DNA from: an archaeon
Lineage (GTDB): Archaea; AGJL01; Methanococci; Methanococcales; Methanocaldococcaceae
Length of the DNA stretch: 51,144 bases
NCBI GenBank assembly: GCA_024278985.1
Contig: JAJRSC010000003.1
Coordinates: forward strand, 1 to 51,144
Direction of reading: 5' to 3'
The notes beneath the pieces are model-generated. The model was not told the DNA's origin. It searched no databases and saw only the letters and a program-made list of their open reading frames with translations. Positions 10,805 through 19,570 of the stretch are shown here, one piece after another. The translations under genes were made by a program, and so were the position numbers. Each line of letters opens with the position of its first letter. The stretch's first letter is position 1.

Positions 10805-13585
10805 ATGAATATAAATTTTAAGAAAATTGAAGAAAAATGGCAAAAGAGATGGGAAGAAGCAGAAATATTTAATGCTAATCCTGACAATAGAGAGAAATTT
10901 TTTATTACAGCTGCATTTCCATATTTAAATGGTGTATTACATGCAGGACATTTAAGAACATTTACTATTCCAGAAGTTATGGCAAGATACCAAAGAATGA
11001 AAGATAAAAATGTCCTTTGGACTTTTGGCTATCATGTTACTGGAACCCCAATTCTTGGATTAGCTGAGTTAATTAAAAAGAAAGATGAAAAAACTATTTG
11101 GGCATATACTAATCTTCATAAAGTTCCAAAAGAAGATTTACTAAATTTAACAACCCCTGAGAAAATTGTAGAATATTTCTCAAAAAAAGCAGAGGAAGCT
11201 TTTAAAAAGGCAGGTTTTAGTTTAGATTGGAGAAGACAATTTACAACAAATGATGAAGAATTTAAGAAATTTATCATTTGGCAATTTCATAAACTTAAAG
11301 AGAAGGGTTTAATAGTTAAAGGTTCTCATCCAGTTAGATATTGTCCAAGTTGTGATAATCCAGTTGAAGACCATGATTTATTAGAAGGAGAAGATTCCAC
11401 AATAGTAGAATATATATTAATTAAATTTAAAATGGGAGATATCTATCTACCAGCTGCTACTTTAAGACCTGAAACAGTTTTTGGAGTTGTTAATTTATGG
11501 GTTAATCCTAATGAGGATTATGTTAAAGTTAAAGTTTATGATGAAGAAAAAAAATCTGAAGAAATTTGGATTTTATCTAAAAAAGCAATGAATAAGTTAA
11601 TCCATCAAAATAAAAAATTTGAGATACTTGAAGAATTTAAAGGAGAAAAGTTAGTTAATTTAAGAGCTATAAATCCAATAACTAATAAAGAAGTTCCTAT
11701 TTTACCAGCTGAATTTGTTAAGACAACTGTAGGAACTGGAATAGTTATGTCTGTTCCTGCTCATGCTCCTTATGATTATATTGCATTAAAAGATTTAAAT
11801 AAATTGGATGAAGTTGGAATAATTCCATTAATAAAAGTCCCTGGATATTCTGAATATCCTGCCAAGGATGTAGTTGAAAAATATAAAATAAAAAGTCAAA
11901 AAGATGTTGAAAATCTTGAAAAAGCAACAAAAGAAGTATATAAAGCAGAATTCCACAAAGGAGTTTTAAATGAGAACTGTAAAGAATATGCAGGATACAA
12001 AGTTAGAGAAATTAAAGATAAATTAACAAATGATTTAATTAAAAAAGGATATGCTGAAGTTATGTATGAATTTAGTGTTGAGAGAGTTAGATGCAGATGT
12101 GGAGCAGAGTGTGTAGTTAAGCTTGTAAAAGACCAATGGTTTATAAAATATTCTGACAAAAAATGGAAAGAGTTGGCTCATAAATGTGTAGATAGGATGA
12201 ACTTTATTCCTGAAAATTATAAAAAAATCTTTCATGAAATGATTGACTGGATGAAAGATAAGGCATGTGTAAGAAGAAGAGGATTAGGAACAAAATTTCC
12301 ATTTGAAGATGGTTGGATTATTGAATCATTATCAGATTCAACAATATATCCGGCATATTATACAATTGTAAAATATATTAAAGAACATAACATTAAAGCA
12401 GAGCAATTAACAAATGAATTATTTGATTATATTTTTTTAGGAAAGGGGGATATTGAGGAGATTGCAAAAACTACCAATATAGATAAGGAAGTTATTGAAA
12501 ATATGAGAAATGAGTTTATATACTATTATCCAGTAGATTGGAGATGTTCTGCTAAGGATTTAGTTCCTAATCATTTAACATTTTATATATTTAATCATGT
12601 GGCAATATTCCCAGAAGAATTTTGGCCAAGGGGAATAGTAGTTAATGGTTATGTTACTATAGAAAACCAAAAATTATCTAAATCTAAAGGGCCACTATTA
12701 CCAATATTGGAAGTTGTAGAAAAATATGGAGCAGATGTTGGAAGGTTTTATATAGCAACTGCTGCAGAAATCCCTCAAGATGCTGACATTAAGTTTTCTA
12801 CCTTAGAAAAAACAAAACAGTTTTTAGAAAGATTTTACTTATTGGCAAAGGAAATTATTGATATGAAAGATAATAAAGAGAGTTATATAGACAAATGGCT
12901 ACTAAGTAGGATAAATTTACATATAAAAGAATATAAAAATTACATGGACAACTTTGAACTTAGAAAGGCTGGAATATTAATTTATGAATTTTTAGAGGAT
13001 TTAAGATGGTATAAGAGAAGAGGAGGAAATAACAAAGAAATATTAATAAAATTTATAGAAACACTAACCTTATTATTAGCTCCATTTACACCACATATTT
13101 GTGAAGAAATTTGGGAGATGCTTGGAAAGGAAGGATTTGTTTCTTTAGCAAAACTTCCAGAAGTTGGAGAAATAGATGAAGAGATATTAAAAGGAGAGGA
13201 GTATCTGAAGAGATTAATAGAGGATATTAAGGAGATTATTGAAGTTGCAAAAATAAAACCAAACAAAATTTATATATATACTGCTGAAGATTGGAAATGT
13301 GAAGTTTGTGAGATAGTTAATAAAAATAGAGATAAAAATGTTAGAGAGATTATGAAAGAAATAATGAAAGATGAAAGATTTAGAAAGAAAGGTAAAGAAA
13401 TATCCAAATTATTAAATACAATAATTAAAATAAATGCCATACCATTAGATGAAGAAAAAATTCTTTCACAAAATAAGGAATTTTTAGAAAAAGAGTTTAA
13501 TGCAGAAATTGTTATAAATGGGGAAGATAAAGGAAATAAAAAAAGGTTTGCTATCCCAATGAAACCTGCTATTTATATTGAATAA
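10805..13585 (+). CDS. leuS: Leucyl-tRNA synthetase (archaeal type)
   Basis: FPYLNG.LHAGH (HIGH), KLSKS (KMSKS), TLRPET...GTG editing domain, ESLSDSTIY. Confidence 0.97.
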   Translation: MNINFKKIEEKWQKRWEEAEIFNANPDNREKFFITAAFPYLNGVLHAGHLRTFTIPEVMARYQRMKDKNVLWTFGYHVTGTPILGLAELIKKKDEKTIWAYTNLHKVPKEDLLNLTTPEKIVEYFSKKAEEAFKKAGFSLDWRRQFTTNDEEFKKFIIWQFHKLKEKGLIVKGSHPVRYCPSCDNPVEDHDLLEGEDSTIVEYILIKFKMGDIYLPAATLRPETVFGVVNLWVNPNEDYVKVKVYDEEKKSEEIWILSKKAMNKLIHQNKKFEILEEFKGEKLVNLRAINPITNKEVPILPAEFVKTTVGTGIVMSVPAHAPYDYIALKDLNKLDEVGIIPLIKVPGYSEYPAKDVVEKYKIKSQKDVENLEKATKEVYKAEFHKGVLNENCKEYAGYKVREIKDKLTNDLIKKGYAEVMYEFSVERVRCRCGAECVVKLVKDQWFIKYSDKKWKELAHKCVDRMNFIPENYKKIFHEMIDWMKDKACVRRRGLGTKFPFEDGWIIESLSDSTIYPAYYTIVKYIKEHNIKAEQLTNELFDYIFLGKGDIEEIAKTTNIDKEVIENMRNEFIYYYPVDWRCSAKDLVPNHLTFYIFNHVAIFPEEFWPRGIVVNGYVTIENQKLSKSKGPLLPILEVVEKYGADVGRFYIATAAEIPQDADIKFSTLEKTKQFLERFYLLAKEIIDMKDNKESYIDKWLLSRINLHIKEYKNYMDNFELRKAGILIYEFLEDLRWYKRRGGNNKEILIKFIETLTLLLAPFTPHICEEIWEMLGKEGFVSLAKLPEVGEIDEEILKGEEYLKRLIEDIKEIIEVAKIKPNKIYIYTAEDWKCEVCEIVNKNRDKNVREIMKEIMKDERFRKKGKEISKLLNTIIKINAIPLDEEKILSQNKEFLEKEFNAEIVINGEDKGNKKRFAIPMKPAIYIE

Positions 13586-13608
13586 TAATTTTTTGTGAGG
13601 GAATAAAA

Positions 13609-14952
13609 ATGATTAATTTGGATAAAATTAATTTAGATATCGGAGATTATGCCGATATAAGGATTATTTATAATGAATCAAATCATATTACTCTAAAAGA
13701 TGGAGATTTTGAGGAAATAAGTTCAGGAGAAAATTTTGGAGTATCTATAAGAGTTTTATATAAAAATGGTTGGGGTTATGTTATATCAAATAATCCCAAA
13801 GATATAAATCAATTAATAGAAAAGGCCTATAAAATGGCAAAATTATCAAATAAAGAGAGTAAAAAAGAAGTTATTTTAAAAGAGTATAAGGTAGTTAAGG
13901 ATAAGTATGAAATTGTTGGAGAAATAAATCCAATAAATGTGGATATTGATGAAAAAAAGGAAATTATATTAGAATCTTACAAAATAATGAAAGATAATAT
14001 TATAAAAAGTATTACTGTCAGCTATAGTGAAGGATATTGTAAAAAGATTTTTGCAAATAGTGAAGGCTCATATATTGAAAGTAAAAAAGTAGGTTGTATT
14101 TTAAGAATGAACTGTGTAGCTAAAGAAAATAATAATATGAATTTTGGAGCTGAAAGAATTGGAGGAGTTGATTTTAAAATAATACTTGATGAATATAAAA
14201 ATAAATCATTAGAAGCAAAAAATAAAGCAATTAGATTATTAAAAGCTAAAAGATGCCCAAAAGGTACATTTAAGGTAATTTTAGACCCTGAATTAGCAGG
14301 AGTATTTATTCATGAAGCTGTTGGTCATGCAGCAGAGGCAGATTTAGTTTTACAAAATGATAGTATATTTAAGGATAAAATTGGAGAGAGAGTTGGAAGT
14401 GAATATGTTACTATAATTGATAATCCAAATATAGAGGGAGGATTTGGTTCATATAAGTATGATGATGAGGGTGTAAGAGGAAGAGAGACAATAATTATAG
14501 ATAAAGGAATTTTAAAAAGTTATTTACATACAAGAGAAACTGCTGGAAGGTTAGGAATGGAATTAACAGGTAATGGAAGAGCAGAAGGTTTAGAAAAGCC
14601 AATTGTAAGAATGAGTAACACCTATATAAAACCAGGAGATTGGAATTTTGAGGAGTTAGTTGAAGATACAAAGAATGGTATTTTTTTAAAAGGTTCAAGA
14701 GGGGGACAAGTAGATACTGGGAAGGGACTTTTCCAATTTAGTGCTGAAGAGGCCTATATAATAGAAAATGGAGAATTAAAAGATTTAAGAAGAGATGCAG
14801 GATTAAGTGGAGAAATTTTAAAAATATTATTTAAGGTGGATGCTGTAACAAAAGATTTTAAACTTAATATTGGTTACTGTGGAAAAAATGGACAGACTGT
14901 TCCTGTTGGAGATGGAGGTGGGTTTGTAAGAACTGTTGCTAATGTATCATAA
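13609..14952 (+). CDS. tldD: TldD/PmbA family metalloprotease (TldD-like)
   Basis: HEAVGH.AEAD, YDDEG, GNGRA, RMSNT and CGK.GQ.VPVG motifs. Confidence 0.9.
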   Translation: MINLDKINLDIGDYADIRIIYNESNHITLKDGDFEEISSGENFGVSIRVLYKNGWGYVISNNPKDINQLIEKAYKMAKLSNKESKKEVILKEYKVVKDKYEIVGEINPINVDIDEKKEIILESYKIMKDNIIKSITVSYSEGYCKKIFANSEGSYIESKKVGCILRMNCVAKENNNMNFGAERIGGVDFKIILDEYKNKSLEAKNKAIRLLKAKRCPKGTFKVILDPELAGVFIHEAVGHAAEADLVLQNDSIFKDKIGERVGSEYVTIIDNPNIEGGFGSYKYDDEGVRGRETIIIDKGILKSYLHTRETAGRLGMELTGNGRAEGLEKPIVRMSNTYIKPGDWNFEELVEDTKNGIFLKGSRGGQVDTGKGLFQFSAEEAYIIENGELKDLRRDAGLSGEILKILFKVDAVTKDFKLNIGYCGKNGQTVPVGDGGGFVRTVANVS

Positions 14953-15000
14953 TAATATCTAATTATTAATTTTAATAGATAATAAAAATGGTGATATTAA

Positions 15001-15543
15001 ATGGTAACTTTTGAAGAAATCTGCAACCATGTATTAAATAATATGAATAAATTTTTAATTAGTGAAAAAAAGGATTATTCTAAGCTATCAAAGTATAGAG
15101 ATGAGATTGAAGATAAGTTAAATGAGATTATAGATGAAACTATTGAAAAATTTTATAATAATGATATAGATACATCTAAATTTGGTGATAAAGAGGAATT
15201 AAAAAATGAACTTAAATCTTGGTTTATAAAAATGTTTGAAATAAAAAATGATAAAGACTTAGAAAAGTTTTACATTGAAACTATAAAAAAAGGTATAAAA
15301 TATGTTGAAAAAGATATCTATCCAGAATATTTAACTATCTTATTAATTAACATTTATAATAAGTTAAAAAATTATATGAATTATGATTGTATGTATATTT
15401 TTGATGATATAATTAAGAGACTAATACTATTATATTTATCTTCATATATGTACTTTGAAACAGCTGTTTTAGAAAAAATAGGTATTAATAAAAGTCTAAA
15501 ATATAACACTATTAAAACATTTATTAAAAAAATGAATATATAG
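15001..15543 (+). CDS. Protoglobin/globin-sensor-like helical protein lacking the proximal His
   Basis: Helical pattern (D...L...I...II..FY...L..WF..MF...FY...G..Y....I.P.Y) resembles globin-coupled sensor domains; recognised by eye only. Confidence 0.55.
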   Translation: MVTFEEICNHVLNNMNKFLISEKKDYSKLSKYRDEIEDKLNEIIDETIEKFYNNDIDTSKFGDKEELKNELKSWFIKMFEIKNDKDLEKFYIETIKKGIKYVEKDIYPEYLTILLINIYNKLKNYMNYDCMYIFDDIIKRLILLYLSSYMYFETAVLEKIGINKSLKYNTIKTFIKKMNI

Positions 15544-15598
15544 ATTTTTAATTTAATTATCCTATGCTCAACTATATAATTTTTTCATTGTAAATAAA

Positions 15599-16420
15599 TT
15601 ATTTTCCTATACAGTAATTCAAACCTAAAACATCAAAGGTATTATATATTCCTTCATCTTTATCTTTTAAAAATCTTATTGCTAATATAACTCCATTTAT
15701 AAATGCCTGTCTGCTACTTGCTTTATGGGTTAATTCTAATCTCTCACCATCTCCTGCAAATATAACAGTATGCTCTCCTACAACATCTCCTCCTCTCAAT
15801 GCATGAATTCCAATTTCTTCCTTTTTTCTTTCTCCAACTAATCCCTTTCTTCCAAATACAAAATAGCCTCCTCTATTTTCTTTAATAATTTCTGCAGCCC
15901 TTAAGGCAGTTCCTGATGGTGCATCTTTTTTAAACCTATGATGCATCTCAACAATTTCAATATCATAATCTCCTAATTTTTTGGCTAAAAATTCCAATGT
16001 CTTAAAAAATATATTAACTCCAATAGCAAAATTCTCAGATATAACTGCAGGAACTTTATTTTCTTTGATAGTTTTTATCATCTCTTCTCTTTCTTCTTCA
16101 CTAAACCCTGTAGTTCCTATAATTAACTTTATCCCTAATTTTGAAGCAATTTTTACATTATTTAATGTTGCCTTTGGCATTGTAAAATCAACTAATACAT
16201 CAGGATTTTTTTCTTTTAAAACCTGCTCCATTTCATCAGCAGTATTTAAAGGAACTCCTATTTTTCCAATCCCTATTAATTCCCCAACATCTTCTCCTCT
16301 TTTTTCATGTCCTTCTCTTTCAAATGCACAAACAACTTTCATATCATCCTGCTCATTTATTGTTCTTATAATACCACTTCCCATTCTTCCCAAAGCTCCT
16401 GCAACAGCCACTTTAATCAT
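15599..16420 (-). CDS. dapB: 4-hydroxy-tetrahydrodipicolinate reductase
   Basis: GA.GRMG, DFT, IGTTG, E.HH..K.DAPSGTA and R.GDVVGEH motifs; ATG at 16420 after GGTGG RBS. Confidence 0.96.
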   Translation of the reverse strand: MIKVAVAGALGRMGSGIIRTINEQDDMKVVCAFEREGHEKRGEDVGELIGIGKIGVPLNTADEMEQVLKEKNPDVLVDFTMPKATLNNVKIASKLGIKLIIGTTGFSEEEREEMIKTIKENKVPAVISENFAIGVNIFFKTLEFLAKKLGDYDIEIVEMHHRFKKDAPSGTALRAAEIIKENRGGYFVFGRKGLVGERKKEEIGIHALRGGDVVGEHTVIFAGDGERLELTHKASSRQAFINGVILAIRFLKDKDEGIYNTFDVLGLNYCIGK

Positions 16421-17642
16421 TTTTTCCACCTAATTTATAAACCTTAAATCCAAACTTTTCCCATCTTTCTTTAGTAATTATATTTTTTGTATCATAAATT
16501 ACTCTATTTCTAACTTTTTCAGATATTTTTTTTATATCCTTTTCATCTAAATCTCTAAAAATTTTGTGGTCAGCTAAAACAACAATTAAATCACTATCTT
16601 CAACTGCCTCATCTATAGGGTAGAGAGGATATTTAAACTCTTTAGCATAAGGGTCATAACACTTTATATTAAATTCTTCTTTTAAAAAAGATATTATTTT
16701 TTCTGCAGGACTTTCTCTTACATCATCTACATCTCCTTTATAAGTTACTCCAAATATAGTTATGTTTTTTCCTTTTGTAAGTTGTTTAATTTTATTGGCT
16801 ACATAGTTGGGCATGGAGTCATTTATCTCTCTTGCAGTTCTTATTAATTTTGCCTCTTTACTTTTTTCAATTAAAAACCATGGGTCTATACTAATACAAT
16901 GCCCACCTACTCCAGGCCCTGGTCTTAGAATATTAACTCTTGGATGCTTGTTTGATAATTCTATTGCCTCCCAAACATCTATATCTAACTCTTCAGATAT
17001 TTTAGCAAATTCATTTGCTAAAGCTATATTAACATCCCTATAAATGTTTTCCATTAACTTAACCATCTCTGCAGTTTTACAATCTGTTAAATATATCTTC
17101 CCTTTGACAAAACTATCATAAATCTTTTTAGCTCTCTCAGCTGATTCCTTGTTTATTCCTCCTATTACTCTATCATTATCTACCAATTCCTTTAAAATAT
17201 TCCCTGGTAAAACTCTCTCAGGACAGTATGAAAGATATATATTTTTATATTTTGATAATTTATTATAAATCTCTTCAGATGTTCCAGGAGGGACAGTACT
17301 TTCAATAATTATTAAATTTCCGTCCTCTAAGTATGGTTTTATTGAATCAATTGCAGAGTTTATATAGGAAAGGTCACATCTGTTATTTTTTATTGGTGTT
17401 GGAACACAAATAATAAAAACATCTGCCTTTTCAGGAGTATTTTTAATTTTTAAATTTCCTGAATTTATAGCTCCTCTAACTAAAGTTAATAAATCTTTTT
17501 CAGTTGTTTTGAATGTAAGATTCTTAATTTCTTCCACTCTATTTTTGTTTATATCCACTCCAACAACTTCAAATCCATTTATTGCCAAAATTGAGGCAGT
17601 AGGTAATCCAATATAACCCAAACCAATAACACAAACCTTCAT
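16413..17642 (-). CDS. wecC: UDP-N-acetyl-D-mannosamine dehydrogenase (nucleotide-sugar dehydrogenase)
   Basis: GLGYIGLP, ESTVPPG, CPERVLPG, PGPGVGGHCI..DP and D.RESP motifs. Confidence 0.88.
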   Translation of the reverse strand: MKVCVIGLGYIGLPTASILAINGFEVVGVDINKNRVEEIKNLTFKTTEKDLLTLVRGAINSGNLKIKNTPEKADVFIICVPTPIKNNRCDLSYINSAIDSIKPYLEDGNLIIIESTVPPGTSEEIYNKLSKYKNIYLSYCPERVLPGNILKELVDNDRVIGGINKESAERAKKIYDSFVKGKIYLTDCKTAEMVKLMENIYRDVNIALANEFAKISEELDIDVWEAIELSNKHPRVNILRPGPGVGGHCISIDPWFLIEKSKEAKLIRTAREINDSMPNYVANKIKQLTKGKNITIFGVTYKGDVDDVRESPAEKIISFLKEEFNIKCYDPYAKEFKYPLYPIDEAVEDSDLIVVLADHKIFRDLDEKDIKKISEKVRNRVIYDTKNIITKERWEKFGFKVYKLGGKND

Positions 17643-18469
17643 ACTCTCTCCAAGATTTTATTTTTTGTTCCTTCTTTTAGTTCTTTAACAAACTTCTCCA
17701 ACTCTTTTAAAAATTTTTCTTTATTCTCTATTTTATTATTCTTACAATATTTTTCAATAATTTTTACTATAGCACTTCCAACTATTGCCCCATCTGCTAA
17801 CTTTGTTATTTCTTCAATATGCTCTCTCTTAGATATTCCAAAACCAACACATACAGGAAGATGACATTTTTCTTTAAGATTTTTTATAAAATTTTTAGTT
17901 TCTTCCTGTATCTTTTCTCTTTCTCCAGTAATTCCTGTAACTGAAACAGCATAAATAAAACCAGATGCCTTTTTTAAAATCTTTTTTAATCTTTCCTCTG
18001 TTGTTGTTGGAGCTACTAAAAAAATTAAATCAATATTATAGGCCTTACATATTTTATATAAACTTTCACACTCTTCAATTGGTAAGTCAGGAACTATTAT
18101 TCCTGAAATTCCTACTTCACTACATTTTTTTACAAATTTTTCTTCTCCCATTTTAAAAATTATGTTGTAGTATGTTAAAAATACCTTTGGTTTATTAGGA
18201 AATTTCATATTCAACTCTTTAGCCAATTTAAAGGCATGTATTGGTGTAATTCCAGATGATAATGCCCTAAAATCTGCTTTTTGAATTGTTAACCCATCTG
18301 CAACAGGGTCAGAGAAAGGAATACCTATCTCTATAATATCCCCATATTTACAAATAACTTCAAATGCTTCCTTAGAATCTTCAAAATTTGGGTCTCCTGC
18401 AACTAAGAAAGGTATAAATGCTTTTTCCTTTTTATCCCTCAATTCTTTAAACTTTTCCTCTATTTTCAT
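17639..18469 (-). CDS. trpA: Tryptophan synthase alpha chain
   Basis: EIGIPFSDPVADG.TIQ, PDLP, GITG, VGFGIS and ADGAIVGSA motifs. Confidence 0.97.
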   Translation of the reverse strand: MKIEEKFKELRDKKEKAFIPFLVAGDPNFEDSKEAFEVICKYGDIIEIGIPFSDPVADGLTIQKADFRALSSGITPIHAFKLAKELNMKFPNKPKVFLTYYNIIFKMGEEKFVKKCSEVGISGIIVPDLPIEECESLYKICKAYNIDLIFLVAPTTTEERLKKILKKASGFIYAVSVTGITGEREKIQEETKNFIKNLKEKCHLPVCVGFGISKREHIEEITKLADGAIVGSAIVKIIEKYCKNNKIENKEKFLKELEKFVKELKEGTKNKILERV

Positions 18470-18476
18470 AATTTCA

Positions 18477-19367
18477 CTATAAATTATTTATGAATTCCCA
18501 GAATGATTTTACTGCACTTGGGTTTTTTGTTTTTTTATTTTTTACTAAGTATAAATATCTCTCTATTTCTAAATCTTTAATTGGTACTATCTTTATTAAA
18601 CCTGCTTTCTCTGCTTTTTTTGCAGGAATTTCTGAGATAACACTAACTCCATAACCCTCTGAAACAGCAGTTATAACTGCTGAATTACTTCCCAATTTCA
18701 TAATTATATTTAAATCCATTACTGAATAACCTTTTTTATTAAGAGCTTCTAAAAATACATCTCTTGTTCCAGACCCTTCTTCTCTATCTATAAAGTCCTC
18801 TTTTAATATATCTTCTATAGTAGCATATCCTTTTTTGGCTAAGGGATGATTTGGAGGAACTATAAGAACCAGTCTATCTTTACCAATAATAACATGTTCA
18901 TAACTATCATCTAATAAATAACCAACTGCAGCAATATCTGCCAATCCTTCACTTAATGCTTTAAAACATTTTTTAGAGTCAGTTATAGTTATTTCAAAAT
19001 TAACATTTGGATATCTATCTCTATACTCTTTTATTAATGAGGGCAATATATGTTCTCCTGGTGTTGTAGAGGCATAAACTCTTATAGTTCCCTCAGGATT
19101 TATATGCATGGTTTTCATTAATAATTTTGCTTCATCAATTAAATTTAAAACCTTTTTAGCCCTTTGATATAAAATTTCACCTTCTGGTGTTAGTTCAACA
19201 CCTTCAGGAGTTCTTAAAAAAAGTTGTGCATCAAAAAATTTTTCTAATGCAAATATATGATTACTTACAGTCCCCTGGGTAATCCCTAACTTTTTTGCAG
19301 CTTTAGAGAAACTTTTTGTTTCACTTGCAACTATAAATGTTTTAAAATAACTAATCTTTGGGTCCAT
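18477..19367 (-). CDS. LysR-family regulator, selenium-metabolism-associated (HrsM-like)
   Basis: N-terminal SFSKAA..L..TQ..VS HTH, ASTTPGE and REEGSGTR motifs; HrsM orthology inferred from the lineage. Confidence 0.88.
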   Translation of the reverse strand: MDPKISYFKTFIVASETKSFSKAAKKLGITQGTVSNHIFALEKFFDAQLFLRTPEGVELTPEGEILYQRAKKVLNLIDEAKLLMKTMHINPEGTIRVYASTTPGEHILPSLIKEYRDRYPNVNFEITITDSKKCFKALSEGLADIAAVGYLLDDSYEHVIIGKDRLVLIVPPNHPLAKKGYATIEDILKEDFIDREEGSGTRDVFLEALNKKGYSVMDLNIIMKLGSNSAVITAVSEGYGVSVISEIPAKKAEKAGLIKIVPIKDLEIERYLYLVKNKKTKNPSAVKSFWEFINNL

Positions 19368-19570
19368 AATATCACCTATTTTAATAGATATTAGGAATAT
19401 TAATATAACTTATATATAAGAATGATTAATAAAAATATCGTCAAAATATTTCCGAATTTTAAATTAAATTTTAATTAATATTTATGTAATTTGGAATTTT
19501 AACATTATTCTAAGTTTAATTTTCATCATTAATTAATAAAATTTTTGAAATAAAAATAAAAAAATAAAAA

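Noticed and set aside
19368-19570. Imperfect inverted repeat (TTCCGAATT...AATTTGGAA) upstream of the LysR gene as an operator or origin
   Set aside because: Short, mismatched and in very AT-rich DNA; no ORB-like G-string or cdc6 nearby
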